Shown here: positions 1-12,200 of the stretch, one piece after another
Layout of the letters: each line of letters begins with the position of its first letter
Numbering within the stretch: the first letter of the stretch is position 1
From: Isurus oxyrinchus
Lineage: Eukaryota
Direction of reading: 5' to 3'
Assembly (NCBI GenBank): GCA_026770705.1
Contig: JANJGN010000029.1
Coordinates: forward strand, 28,148,001 to 28,212,000
DNA length: 64,000 nt
Made by a program: the position numbers and the translations under genes
The notes under the pieces: model-generated
What the model was told of the DNA's origin: nothing
Databases searched by the model: none
Seen by the model: only the letters and a program-made list of their open reading frames with translations

Positions 1-130
1 TAAGGGTTATGGGGAGTGTACAGGAAAATGGAGTTGAAGCCCTTGATCAGCCATGATCGAATTGAATGGCAGAGCAGGCTCGATGGGCCATGTGGTCTAC
101 TCCTGCTCCAATTTTTTGTGCTCTTGTGAT
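1..130 (+). mobile_element. CR1-type LINE 3' end
   Basis: gatcagccatgatc...gaatggcagagcaggctcga...tactcctgctcc terminal motif shared with the copies at 38.3 kb and 42.0 kb. Confidence 0.7.
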
Positions 131-504
131 AAAACAGTTGTATCACAACATTCTTGCTAATGATGCTGCAGGGTGATTAGAAATCACTGGTGCCTATTGC
201 GATGGTAAATACTGAGATGTTCAAATCCCAAAGGGAAACTTGAAACAACTGCCACAATTTGTTTTGCAATTTGTATAAATTTCAAGATACATGCCATGAA
301 TGCAAATTCCCATTATTTCATAATGTCTTTGGACTTTATCTTCCTAATAAAAACCTCTCATAGCGCTAAGTTTTACCAGTAATCTTTGGGACAAATAAAC
401 AGTGTTTCTAAACTTCACCTGGCTAGGTGACACATTTCATTCCCCCTCTTAAAAACAACCTAGATGGGTTTATTTAAAAGTGCAAATGTTTCATTGACAC
501 CTGT

Positions 505-1135
505 AGGCAGAACATTGTGCTCGTCGGGCGGGCATGCACCCAACCTGAACAAATGTAAAATGACACGCGTTGATGTTGGGTGAGCATCCCAACATCATTG
601 CACACTTGCACGATATTTCAGTTGGCGGGCACACACGGGAGTTTGCAGCATGCCACTGATAATTAACAGTCCTATTAAGGCCATTAAAGTAATAATTAAG
701 TTCAATTTTTCACTGCCCATCCCACCTTACGATTGTTGGGCAGGCGAAAAGGCCAAGCGGCCTTTGGATTTTTTAGAAAACCTCATTCACGGGCAGGATG
801 ATGTTTCCAAAAGCAAATAAAAATTAAATAAAAATGTTTAAATTTTATTCATAACGTGTCATTGCTCATGTGACAGAGTCACATGTGACATGTTTTAAAA
901 ATTTTTTTAAATCTTTCTTTTTTACTTTCAAAAATCTTCATCTCCCTAAGGCAGCTCTGTGCCTCAGGGAGCTTTTCCTTTGCCGCCTGTGCCTATGTGT
1001 GAACCTCCACGCTCACCCACCTCCCCGCCCCCACAGGCATATCGTGGTCGGGTCCCAATCACAGATGGCAGTCACTTTTGTGGCCATTCTTGGGCCCACC
1101 CACCACACCCACCTGATGAGGGCAAAATTCTGCCC
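505..1135. mobile_element. Non-autonomous PIF/Harbinger-like MITE
   Basis: Terminal inverted repeats aggcagaacatt ... aaaattctgccc; GC-rich body related to the neighbouring MITEs. Confidence 0.65.
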
Positions 1136-1237
1136 TATGTTTCTAAATTTTCCCATGTTTACCTAATTAACATTTCAAACCTAACTTCTCTTCTTACATC
1201 AAAGCACCCAAACTAGCTGCCTCTAATTCAATTAACT

Positions 1238-1239
<2 letters not shown>

Positions 1240-1283
<44 letters not shown>
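1240..1283 (+). repeat. (CA)n microsatellite
   Basis: About 22 uninterrupted CA units. Confidence 0.95.
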
Positions 1284-1288
<5 letters not shown>

Positions 1289-1291
1289 ATA

Positions 1292-2078
1292 GGGCACGAT
1301 TTTACCGTCAGCGAGTGGGGACAGAGCCCGCTCGCTGATGTGTAAAATGACACATGGTGATGTCGGGCAGAATTCCCGATGTCACTGCGCCCCATTTAAA
1401 TCTTCTGGAAGGCGGGGCCGCAGCAAAATCAGCTGCGCGCCCGCCGACCTGTTTGAGGCCATTGACAGATCAATTAAAATAATTAGTGGACCTGCCTGTC
1501 CAACCTTAATAATAATAATAATAGTTCTGTCGAAGGGTCATGAGGACTCGACAGGTCAACTCTTTTCTTCTCCGCCGATGCTGCCAGACCTGCTGAGTTT
1601 TTCCAGGTAATTCTGTTTTTGTTCTGTCCAACCTTAAGTTTGGCAGTCAGACCGGGAGCCCCGGGGGCAACTAGAAAAAACATGACACCTCACCCACAGG
1701 CGGGATGAGGTTTCATGTAGGCTTTAAAAATGTTTAACAGAGATTGTGTAAAAATTATGGACACATCCCAACTCATCTGACATTGTCACATGAGGGAACA
1801 TGTAAGGGAAATTTTATTTTCCTCCTTTTATCTTTTTTACACATAGGGCCGATCTCCTTGAGGCCGCACTCAGCCTTAGGGAGATGAATGCGCTCTTTTG
1901 TGCGTATGGGTGAAAGAGCGCACTCTCGATTTTAGGCATAGCGCTTCCCTGCAGACGTCATGCTGGGCGGCTTTAGTTGGCCCACCACATAAAATGTCAC
2001 CGTGCCTCCCATCAGGGGTGCCGATAGGAAGTGCGCCTGCCAATCGACTTCACCCCAGATGGGGAGAAAATTCTGCCC
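1292..2078 (+). mobile_element. Harbinger-like MITE (contains a Penelope insertion at 1510-1623)
   Basis: TIRs gggcacgatttt ... aaaattctgccc; reverse-complement homolog at 2092-2684. Confidence 0.7.
1510..1623 (+). mobile_element. Penelope-like pLTR fragment with degenerate hammerhead motif
   Basis: 14-bp TSD ctgtccaaccttaa (1496-1509, 1624-1637); near-identical to the copies at 8.3 kb and 17.3 kb. Confidence 0.8.
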
Positions 2079-2091
2079 TATGTGTCTCTAT

Positions 2092-2684
2092 GGGTGGAAT
2101 TTTCCCCCTGTCTGCGGGGGAGCTGATGGGCGGGTACGTGATGTCTGCAGTGATGCGCTATGCACTCCCTGTGTGGGCGGGGGGAATGCCTAAAATCGAG
2201 AGTACGCTGTTTCACGCATGCACAAGAAAGAGTGCACTCATCTCCCTGAGGCTAAGGGCAGCCTCAGGAAGATTGACTGTATATGTAAAAAAGATAAAAG
2301 TGGAAAAATAAAAATTTCCCAATGTCGCATGAGTTGGGATGTGTCCATAATTTTTACACAATCTTTATTAAACATTGTTAAAGCCTACATGAAACCTCAT
2401 CCCGCCTGTGGGTGAGGTGTCATGTTTTTTCGACTTCCCGCCAAGGTTCCTGATCTGCCTGCCAACCTTAAGGTTGGACGAGCAGGTCCACTAATTACTT
2501 TAATTGATCTCAATTGGTCATTGACAGGTCGGCGGGGCCGCAGCTGATTTGGCTGCGTCCCCGCCTTTCTGAAAGTTTAAATGGGGCACAGTGACATCGG
2601 GAATTTTGCCTGACATCGCTAAGCGTCATTTTACCCTTCGGCAAGCGGGCCCCACCCCTGCTCGCTGACGGTAAAATCCTGCCC
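2092..2684 (-). mobile_element. Harbinger-like MITE, inverted copy of the 1292-2078 family
   Basis: The reverse complement of its right end (gggcaggattttaccgtcagcgagc) matches the start of the 1292 copy. Confidence 0.7.
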
Positions 2685-2744
2685 ATAGATACATCCCACT
2701 ATTACTCTATTTTACAATAAATTCCAATAACATTGTGAGAACCC

Positions 2745-2880
2745 TGGCCTGTATGTGACCCCAGACTCACAGCAATGTGGTTGACTCTTAAATGCTCTCT
2801 AAACAAGGGCAATTAGGGATGGGCAATAAATGCTGGCCTAGCCAGTGACAGCCACGTCCCGTGAATGAATTTTAAAAAAT
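2745..2880 (+). mobile_element. SINE 3' half with LINE-derived tail
   Basis: cagcaatgtggttgactctt...gggcaattagggatgggcaataaatgctggcc...gaatgaat. Confidence 0.7.
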
Positions 2881-3364
2881 GATAATATCTTCTTGACAGT
2901 GTCAAATATGTTATTAGTAGAAAAGAAAGATTGTGCAGCATGGTACTCTTTGTTCACACCTTACTGCAGCATGACAGCACTGGGCTATGATTGTCGTAAC
3001 TGCTCATTATCTAGCTAAGAAATCACATAAGTTGGGGTGAAAATAGAACCTTATTGCATATACCAGCTTCTGTAATATCACATTATCAACTAATCTGTCT
3101 TTACGGAAGACAGGATGAAAAACATGTCAGTGGGTCAAGATAGAAATGTAAAACAAACTAATTTATGGTACAGGGAAACGCAGAGAATTTAAATTTTACA
3201 CTGAGGGAACATCTTTTTTTTAGTGTTCTCCATACATTGAAACCAAATAAAGCACAATTCTCACTTTTTAAGTGAAAATTCATTTTCAGGTTGGCTGCCC
3301 CTAAGCTAATCATTTGACTATCAGTGAATAGTGGTTTCCAGTGAAAAACAGAATAATTCGTTTA

Positions 3365-5210
3365 CATACGAACATACAAACTAGGAGCAGGAGTCGGCCA
3401 CCCACATATTAGCCTAGTAAACCTTCTCTGAACTGCTTCCAATTCATTTACATCTTTCCTTAAATCAGATGACCAATACTGTACGCAATACTCTAGATGT
3501 GGTCTCACTATTGCCCTGTATAACTGAAGGAATAGCCTGCTCTGCCATTCGGTAAGATCATGGCTGTCCTGATTGTAACTTCAACTTCACATTCCCGCCT
3601 ACCCCTGATAACATTTCACCCCCTTGTTAATCAAGAATCTATCTAGCTCTGCCTTAAAACTATTCAGACTGCTTCCACCACCTCTTGAGGAAGAGAGTTC
3701 CAAAGACTCACGACCCTCTGAAAGCAAAATTTCTGCTCATCTCTGTCTTAAATGGGTGACCCCTTATTTTTAAACAGTAATCCCTAGTTCTAGATTCTCC
3801 CACAAAAGGAAAAATTCCCTTCACATCCATCCTATCAGGACCCCTCAGGATCTTAAAGTTTTCAATCAAGTCACTTCTTACTCTTCTAAATTCCAGTGTA
3901 TACAAGCCTAACATGTCCAACCTTTCCTCATAAAACAATTCACCCATTAGTCTAGCAAACCTTCTTTGAACTGCTTCCAATTTATTTACATCTTTCCTTA
4001 AATAAGGAAACCAGTACTGTACACAAGACTCCAGATGTGGTCTCACTAGTGCCCTGTATAACTGAAGCATAACTTCCTACTTTTGTAAACAATTCCCCTC
4101 ACAATAAATGATAACATTCTATTAGCTTTCCTAACTACCTGCTGTACCTGCATACTAACCTTTTGTGATTCATGCACTAAACTTAAATAAGGGCAATTAT
4201 GAAGGCATGAATGCTGAGCTATAGTGAAGACTGGAGCAAAATAATTCATCCACCACATCCTTGCTTTCAATTATCAGTTCCCCAGATGCACTTTCTGTAG
4301 GATCGACACTCACTTTGTTAATTCTTTTCTTATTTAAATACCTATAGAAACCCTTACTGTTCATCTTTGTATTACTAGCTAGCTTTCTCTCATACTCTAA
4401 TTTTTCCCTCCTTATTAATCTTTTTGTCATTCTTAACTGTTCTTTATATTTTCTCCAATCTTCTGACCTGCCACCCGCCTTTCCATAATGATATGCTTTC
4501 TCTTTAAGTTTGATACTGTTTTTAACTTTTTTTAGGTAACCATGGATGGTGGGCCCTCCCCTTGGAATTTTTCTTTCTCATTGGAATGTACTTACTTTGT
4601 GTATTCTGAAATAACCTTTTAAATGACTGCCACTGAACCTCTATTGATCTATCCCTTAACTTCATTTGCCAGTTCACTTTAGCTAGCTCTGCTTTCATGC
4701 CCTCATAATTGCCCTTATTTAGTTTAAAATACTAGTCTTGATCACACTCGTTTCTCCCTCAAAATGAATGTAAAATTCAATCATATTATGATTGCTGCTA
4801 CCTAGGGGTGCCTTCACTATGATGTTATCAATTAGTCCTATCTTGTTGCTCAATACCAGGTCTGGTATAGCCTGCTATCTGATTGGTTCCAGAACATGGT
4901 GTTTTAAGAAACAATTCTGAAAACATTCTATGAACTCCTCATCTATGCTACTTTTGCCCATCTTATTTTTTTCAGGATGACATACATTGAGACCAGAATA
5001 TTGAAGGGTACATGACATTTAGAAAGGACAGGAAGTTAGGAAAAGTTGGAGGACTGGCACTGTTAATTAATGATGGTATCAGCACATTAGAGAGGGATGA
5101 CCTAAGCTCAAGAAACCAGGATGTAGAAGTGCTTTGAGTTAAGATGAGAAATGATAAAGGCAAGAAGTCACTTGTGGGAGTGGTGTACAGGCCCCCTAAT
5201 TGTAACTACA
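3365..5210 (-). mobile_element. Rearranged CR1 LINE (minus), with an inverted endonuclease segment at about 4972-5210 (+)
   Basis: Minus ORFs LYRALVRPHLESCVQYW...LEAVQRR; plus segment GGLALLIN...VGVVYRPPN; RT core deleted near 4180. Confidence 0.8.
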
Positions 5211-5671
5211 CGAGGACACCAGCCCCAGCATGGTTCAGGTGTAGACTGTCCAAACGGTACAAATCCCACTTTATCCCAATACTGGTGCCAATGTCCCAGG
5301 AACCGGAACTCACTTCTCCCACACAGTCATAAAAATTTACATTTGTATCTGAAGTAATATTAACCTTACTTTTGAAAGTAAAATTTTGAAAAGCTACTTC
5401 ATCTAAAATTTCCAATTGATGTTTCTTTATTATTAAAATACAGAATTTTAGCACAACCGTTTAAATAAAAACCCAAGGGATTATAACAACGCTTTTTGTC
5501 ACTATTTACAGTGCTGTTTTATCTATACAAACTTAGAACAATTTTGTCACATTAAGTGGCACTTGCGTACTCACTAAATTAGTATACTATAAATGGATGC
5601 ACACATACCAATATTTACTCCAGGAATTTACAATATTTCTATTTTTGCAATAGAAATGCAGCAACAAGCTC

Positions 5672-7986
5672 ATAAGGAACACCTAGCATCGACCTAGGCA
5701 CCAGAAATGACAAGGCAAACGCAGCCCTGGTGACCCTGCAAAGTCCTCCAGTTCCAAGCTGTTCCAGTACAGCTACAACACTGGCTACAGCACTGGCTGT
5801 ATGTGGAAAATTGCTCAGGTGTTATGACCGAACAGTTGGTAAAGCTTAGTTATTTAAAAATTACAGAGGGAAACTTTAAACAACTGTCATAACCTATAAT
5901 TTTAAGTGTTGTGTTTGAGATGCGACTCTAAATTCAGGAATCAGACCACCAGTTCTCGAGAGATTTTATTTGAAACTAAATGAAACATTTTATTAAGTTA
6001 CATCACATTAAACACATCTACATGGCTACAAACTACTACTTTCATAACCTTTAACAAATTCCCAAACTAATCTTCATTAAGGCAACAGCAGCCCATAAAC
6101 TTAACCAAACACCAGGCGAAGCATTTTCACCTTATGAATTCAAAATGAGGTTATTTTTGCTTTAGTTCCTGTACAGACAGTGGTAGGCTCACAGCTGCTT
6201 TGATGTTACATTGCCTCTCCCATGTGTACACAGAACTGCTGAAGTTATACCTAGTACTGCTCATTGAATGTAAATTCTCATTGTATCACCAGCCTTTTTG
6301 AACTCCACCTATTAACAATAAAACCGCTTTCATGGTACCAATTTTATTAGTAATATAAACATATTGCTTGGTCTCTGATAGCTAGGTGGTAGTTTTCACT
6401 CCACTTCTTGAATGCTCTATTCAAAAAATACACGCTATCTCTCTTACATATCAAAACTGGTACACATCAAAGCACCTAGACTATCTGGCTTTAACCCAAT
6501 TAAGACACACCCATAGACTAAACCTCTATTTAAAGGAAAAATATTTTCCAATAATATTATATACATTAATAGCTTCATGACACTAGCTATATCCTGTACA
6601 CAAAAAGCAGGACAAATCCGACCCGGCTAATTACCGCCCCATCAGTCTACTCTCGATCATCATACAGTAATGGAAGTGGTCATCAACAATGCTATCAAAT
6701 GGCACTTGCTGAGCAATAACCTGCTCACTGATGCCCAGTTTGGGTTCCGCCAGGGCCACTCAGCTCCTGATCTCATTACAGCCTTGGTTCAAACATGTAC
6801 AAAAGAGCTGAACACCCGAGGTGAGGTGAGAGTGACTGCCCTTGACATCAAGGCCGCATTTGACTGAGTGTGGCATCAAGGAGCCCTAGCAAAATTGGAG
6901 TCAATGGGAATCAGGGGGAAAGCTCTCCACTGGTTGGAGTCATACCTAGCACAAGGGAAGGTGGTTGTAGTTGTTGGAGGTCAGTCATCTCAGCTCCAGG
7001 ACATTACTGTAGGAGTTCCTTAGGGCAGTGTCCTCTACCCAACCATCTTCAGCTGCTTCATCAATGACTTCCTACCATTATAAGGTCAAAAGTGGGGGAG
7101 TTCACTGATGAATGCACAACGTTCAGCATTGTAGGTGACTCCTCAGATACTGAAGCAGTCTATGTCCAAATGCAGCAAGACCTGGACAATATTCATGCTT
7201 GGGCTGATAAGTGGCAAGTAACATTTGTGCCACACAAGTGTCAGGCAATGACCATCACCAAGAAGAGAGAATTCAACCATTGCCCCTTGATGTTCAATGG
7301 CATTACCATCACTAAATCCCCCACTATCAACAGCCTGGGGGTTACCATTGACCAGAAACTGAACTGGACTTGCCATATAAATACTGTGGCTACAAGGACA
7401 GGTCAGTGGCTAGGAATCGTGCGACGAATAACTCTCCTCCTGACTCCCCAAAGCCTGTCCACCATCTACAAGGCACAAGTCAAGAGTGCGATGGAATACT
7501 CCCCACTTGCCTGGATGAGTGCAGCTCCCACAACACTCAAGAAGCTTGATACTGTCCAGGACACAGCAGCTCGCTTGATTGGTACCACATCCACAAACAT
7601 ACACTCCCTCCAACACCAACACACAGTAGCAGCAATGTGTACCATCACCAAGGCCCTTTAGGCAGCACCTTCCAAACTTACGACTACTACCATCTAGAAG
7701 GGCAAGGGCAGCAGACAGACAGGAACACCACCACCACCTGCAAGTTCCCCTTCAAGTCACTCACCATCCTGAGTTGGAAATATATCACTGTTCCTTCACT
7801 GTCACTGGGTCAAAATCCTGGAACTCCCTTCCTTACAGTTCTGTGGATGTATTTACACCACATGGACTTCAGCAGTTCCGGAAGGCAACTCACCACCACC
7901 TTCTCAAGAGCAACTAGGGTTGGTCAATAAATGCTGGCCTAGGCAGCGAAGACCAAATCCCGTGAATGAATGAATAAAAAAAAAAA
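5672..7986 (+). mobile_element. Internally deleted LINE (RT region to 3' tail), interrupted by a solo LTR
   Basis: NYRPISLLS, QFGFRQGHS, ALDIKAAFD, WADKWQVTF motifs; tail ending gaatgaataaaaa-polyA. Confidence 0.85.
5820..6582 (-). mobile_element. Solo LTR of the Gmr1-like family present at 57.0-60.6 kb
   Basis: TG...CA ends; colinear similarity with 59939-60641. Confidence 0.8.
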
Positions 7987-8136
7987 TAGGGTGTGAATTA
8001 CATTTGTGCTCTCTGGTCCAAGTATCCAATGCTGTATAACCCCACATCTCCTGAACACTATAAGAGATCAACTAATGCATTATAAAACAGTAGGTGTACC
8101 ATTAAGTTATCTTATTCATCAGTCACAAAAAACCAA

Positions 8137-8142
8137 TTTATT
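8137..8142 (-). promoter_or_regulatory. Candidate polyadenylation signal AATAAA
   Basis: First canonical AATAAA I could find on the gene strand downstream of the stop codon (about 975 nt); weaker variants (ACTAAA, CATAAA) occur earlier. Confidence 0.4.
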
Positions 8143-8237
8143 TTAGAATTTCACTCCTAATGGATAATTCTGCGATACCAGTGCAGAAACTGCTCATAGG
8201 AAACATGTGTCAAAGATCTGGGCTACAGTATTATAGC

Positions 8238-8480
8238 AAAAACAGAATTACCTGGAAAAACTCAGCAGGTCTGGCAGCATCGGCGGAGAAGAAAAGAGTT
8301 GACGTTTCGAGTCCTCATGACCCTTCGACAGAACTTGATTTCGAGTCCAAGAAAGGGGTCATGAGGACTCGAAACGTCAACTCTTTTCTTCTCCGCCGAT
8401 GCTGCCAGACCTGCTGAGTTTTTCCAGGTAATTCTGTTTTTGTTTTGGATTTCCAGCATCCGCAGTTTTTTTGTTTTATC
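8238..8480. mobile_element. Penelope-like insertion with inverted pLTR pieces (perfect 86-bp inverted repeat)
   Basis: 13-bp TSD acagtattatagc (8225-8237, 8481-8493); arms 8238-8323 and 8356-8441. Confidence 0.88.
8297..8335 (-). ncRNA. Minimal type I hammerhead-like motif (core CUGUCGA)
   Basis: AGUU-CUGUCGA-A-GGGUC-AUGAG-GACUC-GAAAC-GUC-AACU: stem I AGUU/AACU, stem II GGGUC/GACUC, loopless stem III, GUC triplet. Confidence 0.6.
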
Positions 8481-9116
8481 ACAGTATTATAGCTTTGTTA
8501 CTGATTTATGCTCACGATGTGATTGGCTCCCTGCTGACACCTCAGAATTAATCCTCTCATTTTTGCTTCAGTGAGTTGGAAAGAAAATCCCTGTAACTTT
8601 TTCACAGAAAGGGCAGTGGAAATCTGGAACACTCTGCCCCAGAAAGCTGAGGATGCTGGGGCTCAATTAAAAAAATTCAAGACAGAAATAGGTCACTGAT
8701 ATGGAGTAAAGTCAGGTAAGTGGAGTTAGGGTAGAGATCATAATCTAAATGAATGCAGAACAGGAGCAAAAGGTTGAATGGCCTACTGTGTCACTGTAAC
8801 CGTGTTGCTATTAGTGATCCTAAGATGTTAGAGTTCAGGTGATTTTCCAGCATGTGAAAATAAGTTAGCTTTTAAAAACAAATAATTCATCAAATGCTAT
8901 CAAAAATACAGAGCATTTTTCAAAATAAATGTGAAGATCTTACAGTTGGAATAACGAGTGTTGCAAGTAGCACTCTACACCATAAACTGTTAGTACCCTT
9001 AATAAGGACAATACTGTTTTAGTTTAGTGATTTCTTCTTGAACAATCACCAAATCTCTTTTTGGCTAAGTTTGTTGGTACTTGTTGTTATCCCATGGGAT
9101 TATTCACCGACGTTAT

Positions 9117-9280
9117 TCAAGGAGATGGTTTCCTGTTGTTGAGTTCAATTGGACAGACATCATAGCTTCCTTTCCTTTGGGCATATTGACAGTATGTTCT
9201 CAATATGATTGCTATGATGCCCAAGATGATTACAACGATTATGATTATTACGTACAATGCCAATCCAGTCTGTGTTTCAT
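9117..9280 (-). CDS. Exon 8: transmembrane helix and cytoplasmic tail
   Basis: gttttcacag|AT acceptor; [22 protein letters not shown] followed by [27 protein letters not shown]-stop. Confidence 0.88.
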
Positions 9281-12200
9281 CTGTGAAAACATTAATAAAA
9301 ATACAAATCATTGATTTAATTCAAAGCAATATATTACAAAACACCTGATAATTTCCAAAATCCATAGCTTATTTGCAGTATTACCATATTTACCAGATAG
9401 ACTGCAGTGGTTCAGGAAGGCAGCTCACCATAACTGTCTCAAAGGTAATTCTCAAGGGATGGGCAACAAATGCTGGCCTAGTCAGAGACACTCACATCCC
9501 ATGAAAGAATAAATAAATAAATTTCATGGGATCTTTAGTCCACTATGCTCAACCGTTGGCTTTATTTCAAGTTGTATTCTTTACCTTCCTTTATTCTCCC
9601 CACATCATGGACCATTTCTGATTACCTACTCATATACTCCTTTAATTCATTTATTCATTTTTTCCATTCTCCTCCAGTACCTCTGATTTGTCACACTAAT
9701 TGTCTGATATTTAATATTGGATAAGAAGAAATTCCCTACAATTTGGTTTTCCTAGAAACCCAAAGCCATTGTCTTCAGTCCCCACAACAAACTTCACTTA
9801 ACTAGCCACTGACTCTGCAGTCCACTGTTGAACAAAAGTATTGTCACCCTTGGCATCCTGTATGACCCTGGGTTGAGTTTCTGACTCCAAGACCACCTAC
9901 TTCCACTACCATAGCATCACCTGTCTCTGTCTCCTGCCTCAATTTATCTGTTTCTACAACCCACATGCATGCCTTTGTTACCTCTAAACTCAACTATTCC
10001 AATGCTGCCCTTGCCGGCTTCCCAAATTGCACCCTTTGTAAACATTAGTTCATCCAAACTCTGCTGTGCGTATCCTAACTGGCAGCAATTCCCATTCACC
10101 CATCATTCCTATACTCACTGACCTACTTGGCTTCCAAATCGGCAACACCTCGATTTTAAAATTCCCAGTTGTGTTTTCAATTCTCTTAATGGCCTTGATC
10201 CTTCCTATTTTTGTAACCACCTCCAGCCCTACAACCTGTGAGATGTGTGTACTCCAATTCCAGTCCCTTGCACTTCCCCTATTTTAATCATTGCACCATT
10301 GGCAGCCATGTCTTCAGCTGCTTAGGTCTACCTCTCTTAAAAACAGTAAAAACAATTTGTATTTATACAGCACTTCTGTTATGACCGGAATGGGAGGAGT
10401 GAATGAACCTGCAGGCCGTACTTTCAATTTTATCCCAAAGTGACCAATTGGTAATCTATTACTAAAGACTATGTCCAGACTTCTTTCAAAAATGCAGAAT
10501 GATTAATTTATTCTTAAAACAAAACTTCTTTTAACAAGTTGCAAGTTCTAGTTAACAAACAATTGCAAACAGGAAGTATAGCTATTGATCTTCCCTAAAG
10601 AGTTCCCCCAAACACGCACACAGGCACATATACAGACAAACAAAGGCAAACAGATAATGTCTCTCTGCAGAGTTGGTTTGAAAGAAGGTTATAAAAATAA
10701 AGGATAAAGTACATAGGTGCTCGACACTGTCAACTTGGAGTTCTCTCATGTGATGATGGGCTGCTGGTCCTGGTAGGTGCCTAGGAGTTCTCACCAGCTT
10801 GGCTCAGCTGTGTCCAATTGCAGACTAGTGGCACTCATAAGAGTTCTGGCTACAGTTGATAGCTACGCACACTTTAGGCGAAGGAGGAGAGAGAGGGAGC
10901 CTTCAGATTTATGTTGATCCACTATCTCTGCTGCTTCCAAACAAACTGCTATTCTCTCCTGGTGGCCTCTGGTAAACAGGCAACAGTCCAGGTTTTTTCC
11001 CCTCTCCCCATGTGACTGCCTGGTTGTAAAATCTTTCCATTAATTAACACAAACAACTCTTCTAGCCATAAAACTCCTTAGAAAAACCCAGGTATACAAT
11101 AGAGCCTTAGACTTGCTGTCTCCATTTCAAAAGTGAAACAAATCCCAGGCCAGTGTCCACCTGTCCAGCTCAGGTCATATTCTTTCATTTCATAAGAGAA
11201 AAATTCAATCTTAAAAGCCCTGCTTCTGACACCTTTGACATGATAAAACATTGCAAGGTACTTAGCGGGAACATAGAGCAAAAGTTAACACAACCACATA
11301 AGGTGATGCTATGGCCGAAAGTATGGTCAAAGAGGTAGGTTTAAGGAAGCGTCTTAAAGTAGGAATGAGAAGTGGAGAGGTTTAAGGAGGGAACTCCAGA
11401 ACTTAGGGCCTAGGCAGTTGAAAGCATGGTCACAAATGGCAGAGCATTAAAATTGGAGATGCTCAAAAGGCCAGAATTAGAGGAGTGCAAATATCTCAGA
11501 AGTTTGTGGGACTGGAGGAGATTACAGAGATAGGGATGGGTGAAGCCATGGAAGGATTTGAAAACAAGAATGATAATTTTAAGATCAAGGCATTGCTTAA
11601 CCAGGAGGCAATGTAGGTCAGCAGACACGGGGATGATGAGTGTACAGGACTCGATGTGTGTATGAACATGGCAGCACGGTTTTAGATTACATCACATTTA
11701 TGTAGGAGAGTAGATGGTAGACCAGCCATAAGTGCATTGGAATAGTAAAATCCAGAGCTGAAGATGGGGCTTTCAGCAGCAGATGAGCCGAGGCAGGTGC
11801 GGAGCCAAGAAAGTTCACAAAGATGAAATTATTGATCTTAGTGATGACGTGGATATGTGGTTGAAATCACATCAGCTATGACACCAGGGCCTGATTCTTG
11901 CTGCTGAGGTGGGTAGCTTGAGTCCGGAAGTATCCCAACCTGCTGGATCGGCTTCAGTAGAAAGGCCCCCAGATGGTGCAATATTTGTTCCAGGGAGTGG
12001 GTGTGGGATAGAGTTGGGCCGCTGCCCCTGGAAGCAAATCAGAAGTGGCCACAGGTGTGGCTGAGTGCTGAGGCTGGCTGGTTAAAAGGCCTACATCGAT
12101 TCTCTGGAACTTTTTGTGTTAAAGGTTATTAGGTCCTCTAGCACCCTGACTCCTTACCACCCACCCTCCCCCGCCCCATCACTCCCCACGGACCCATATA

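Larger units (their letters stand above)
190..2740. mobile_element. Solo-LTR-like element split by three MITE insertions
   Basis: Segments (agggaaacttgaaacaactgcca; acatcaaagcacccaaactagctg) resemble the LTRs at 5820-6582 and 59939-60641. Confidence 0.5.

Noticed and set aside
8160-8459. Repeated peptide [25 protein letters not shown] on both strands and at 1.5 and 17.3 kb as a protein family
   Set aside because: Translation artefact of the Penelope pLTR and its inverted copy.
9081-9314. Plus-strand Asp/Tyr-rich ORF
   Set aside because: It is the antisense reading of the Ile/Val-rich transmembrane exon.
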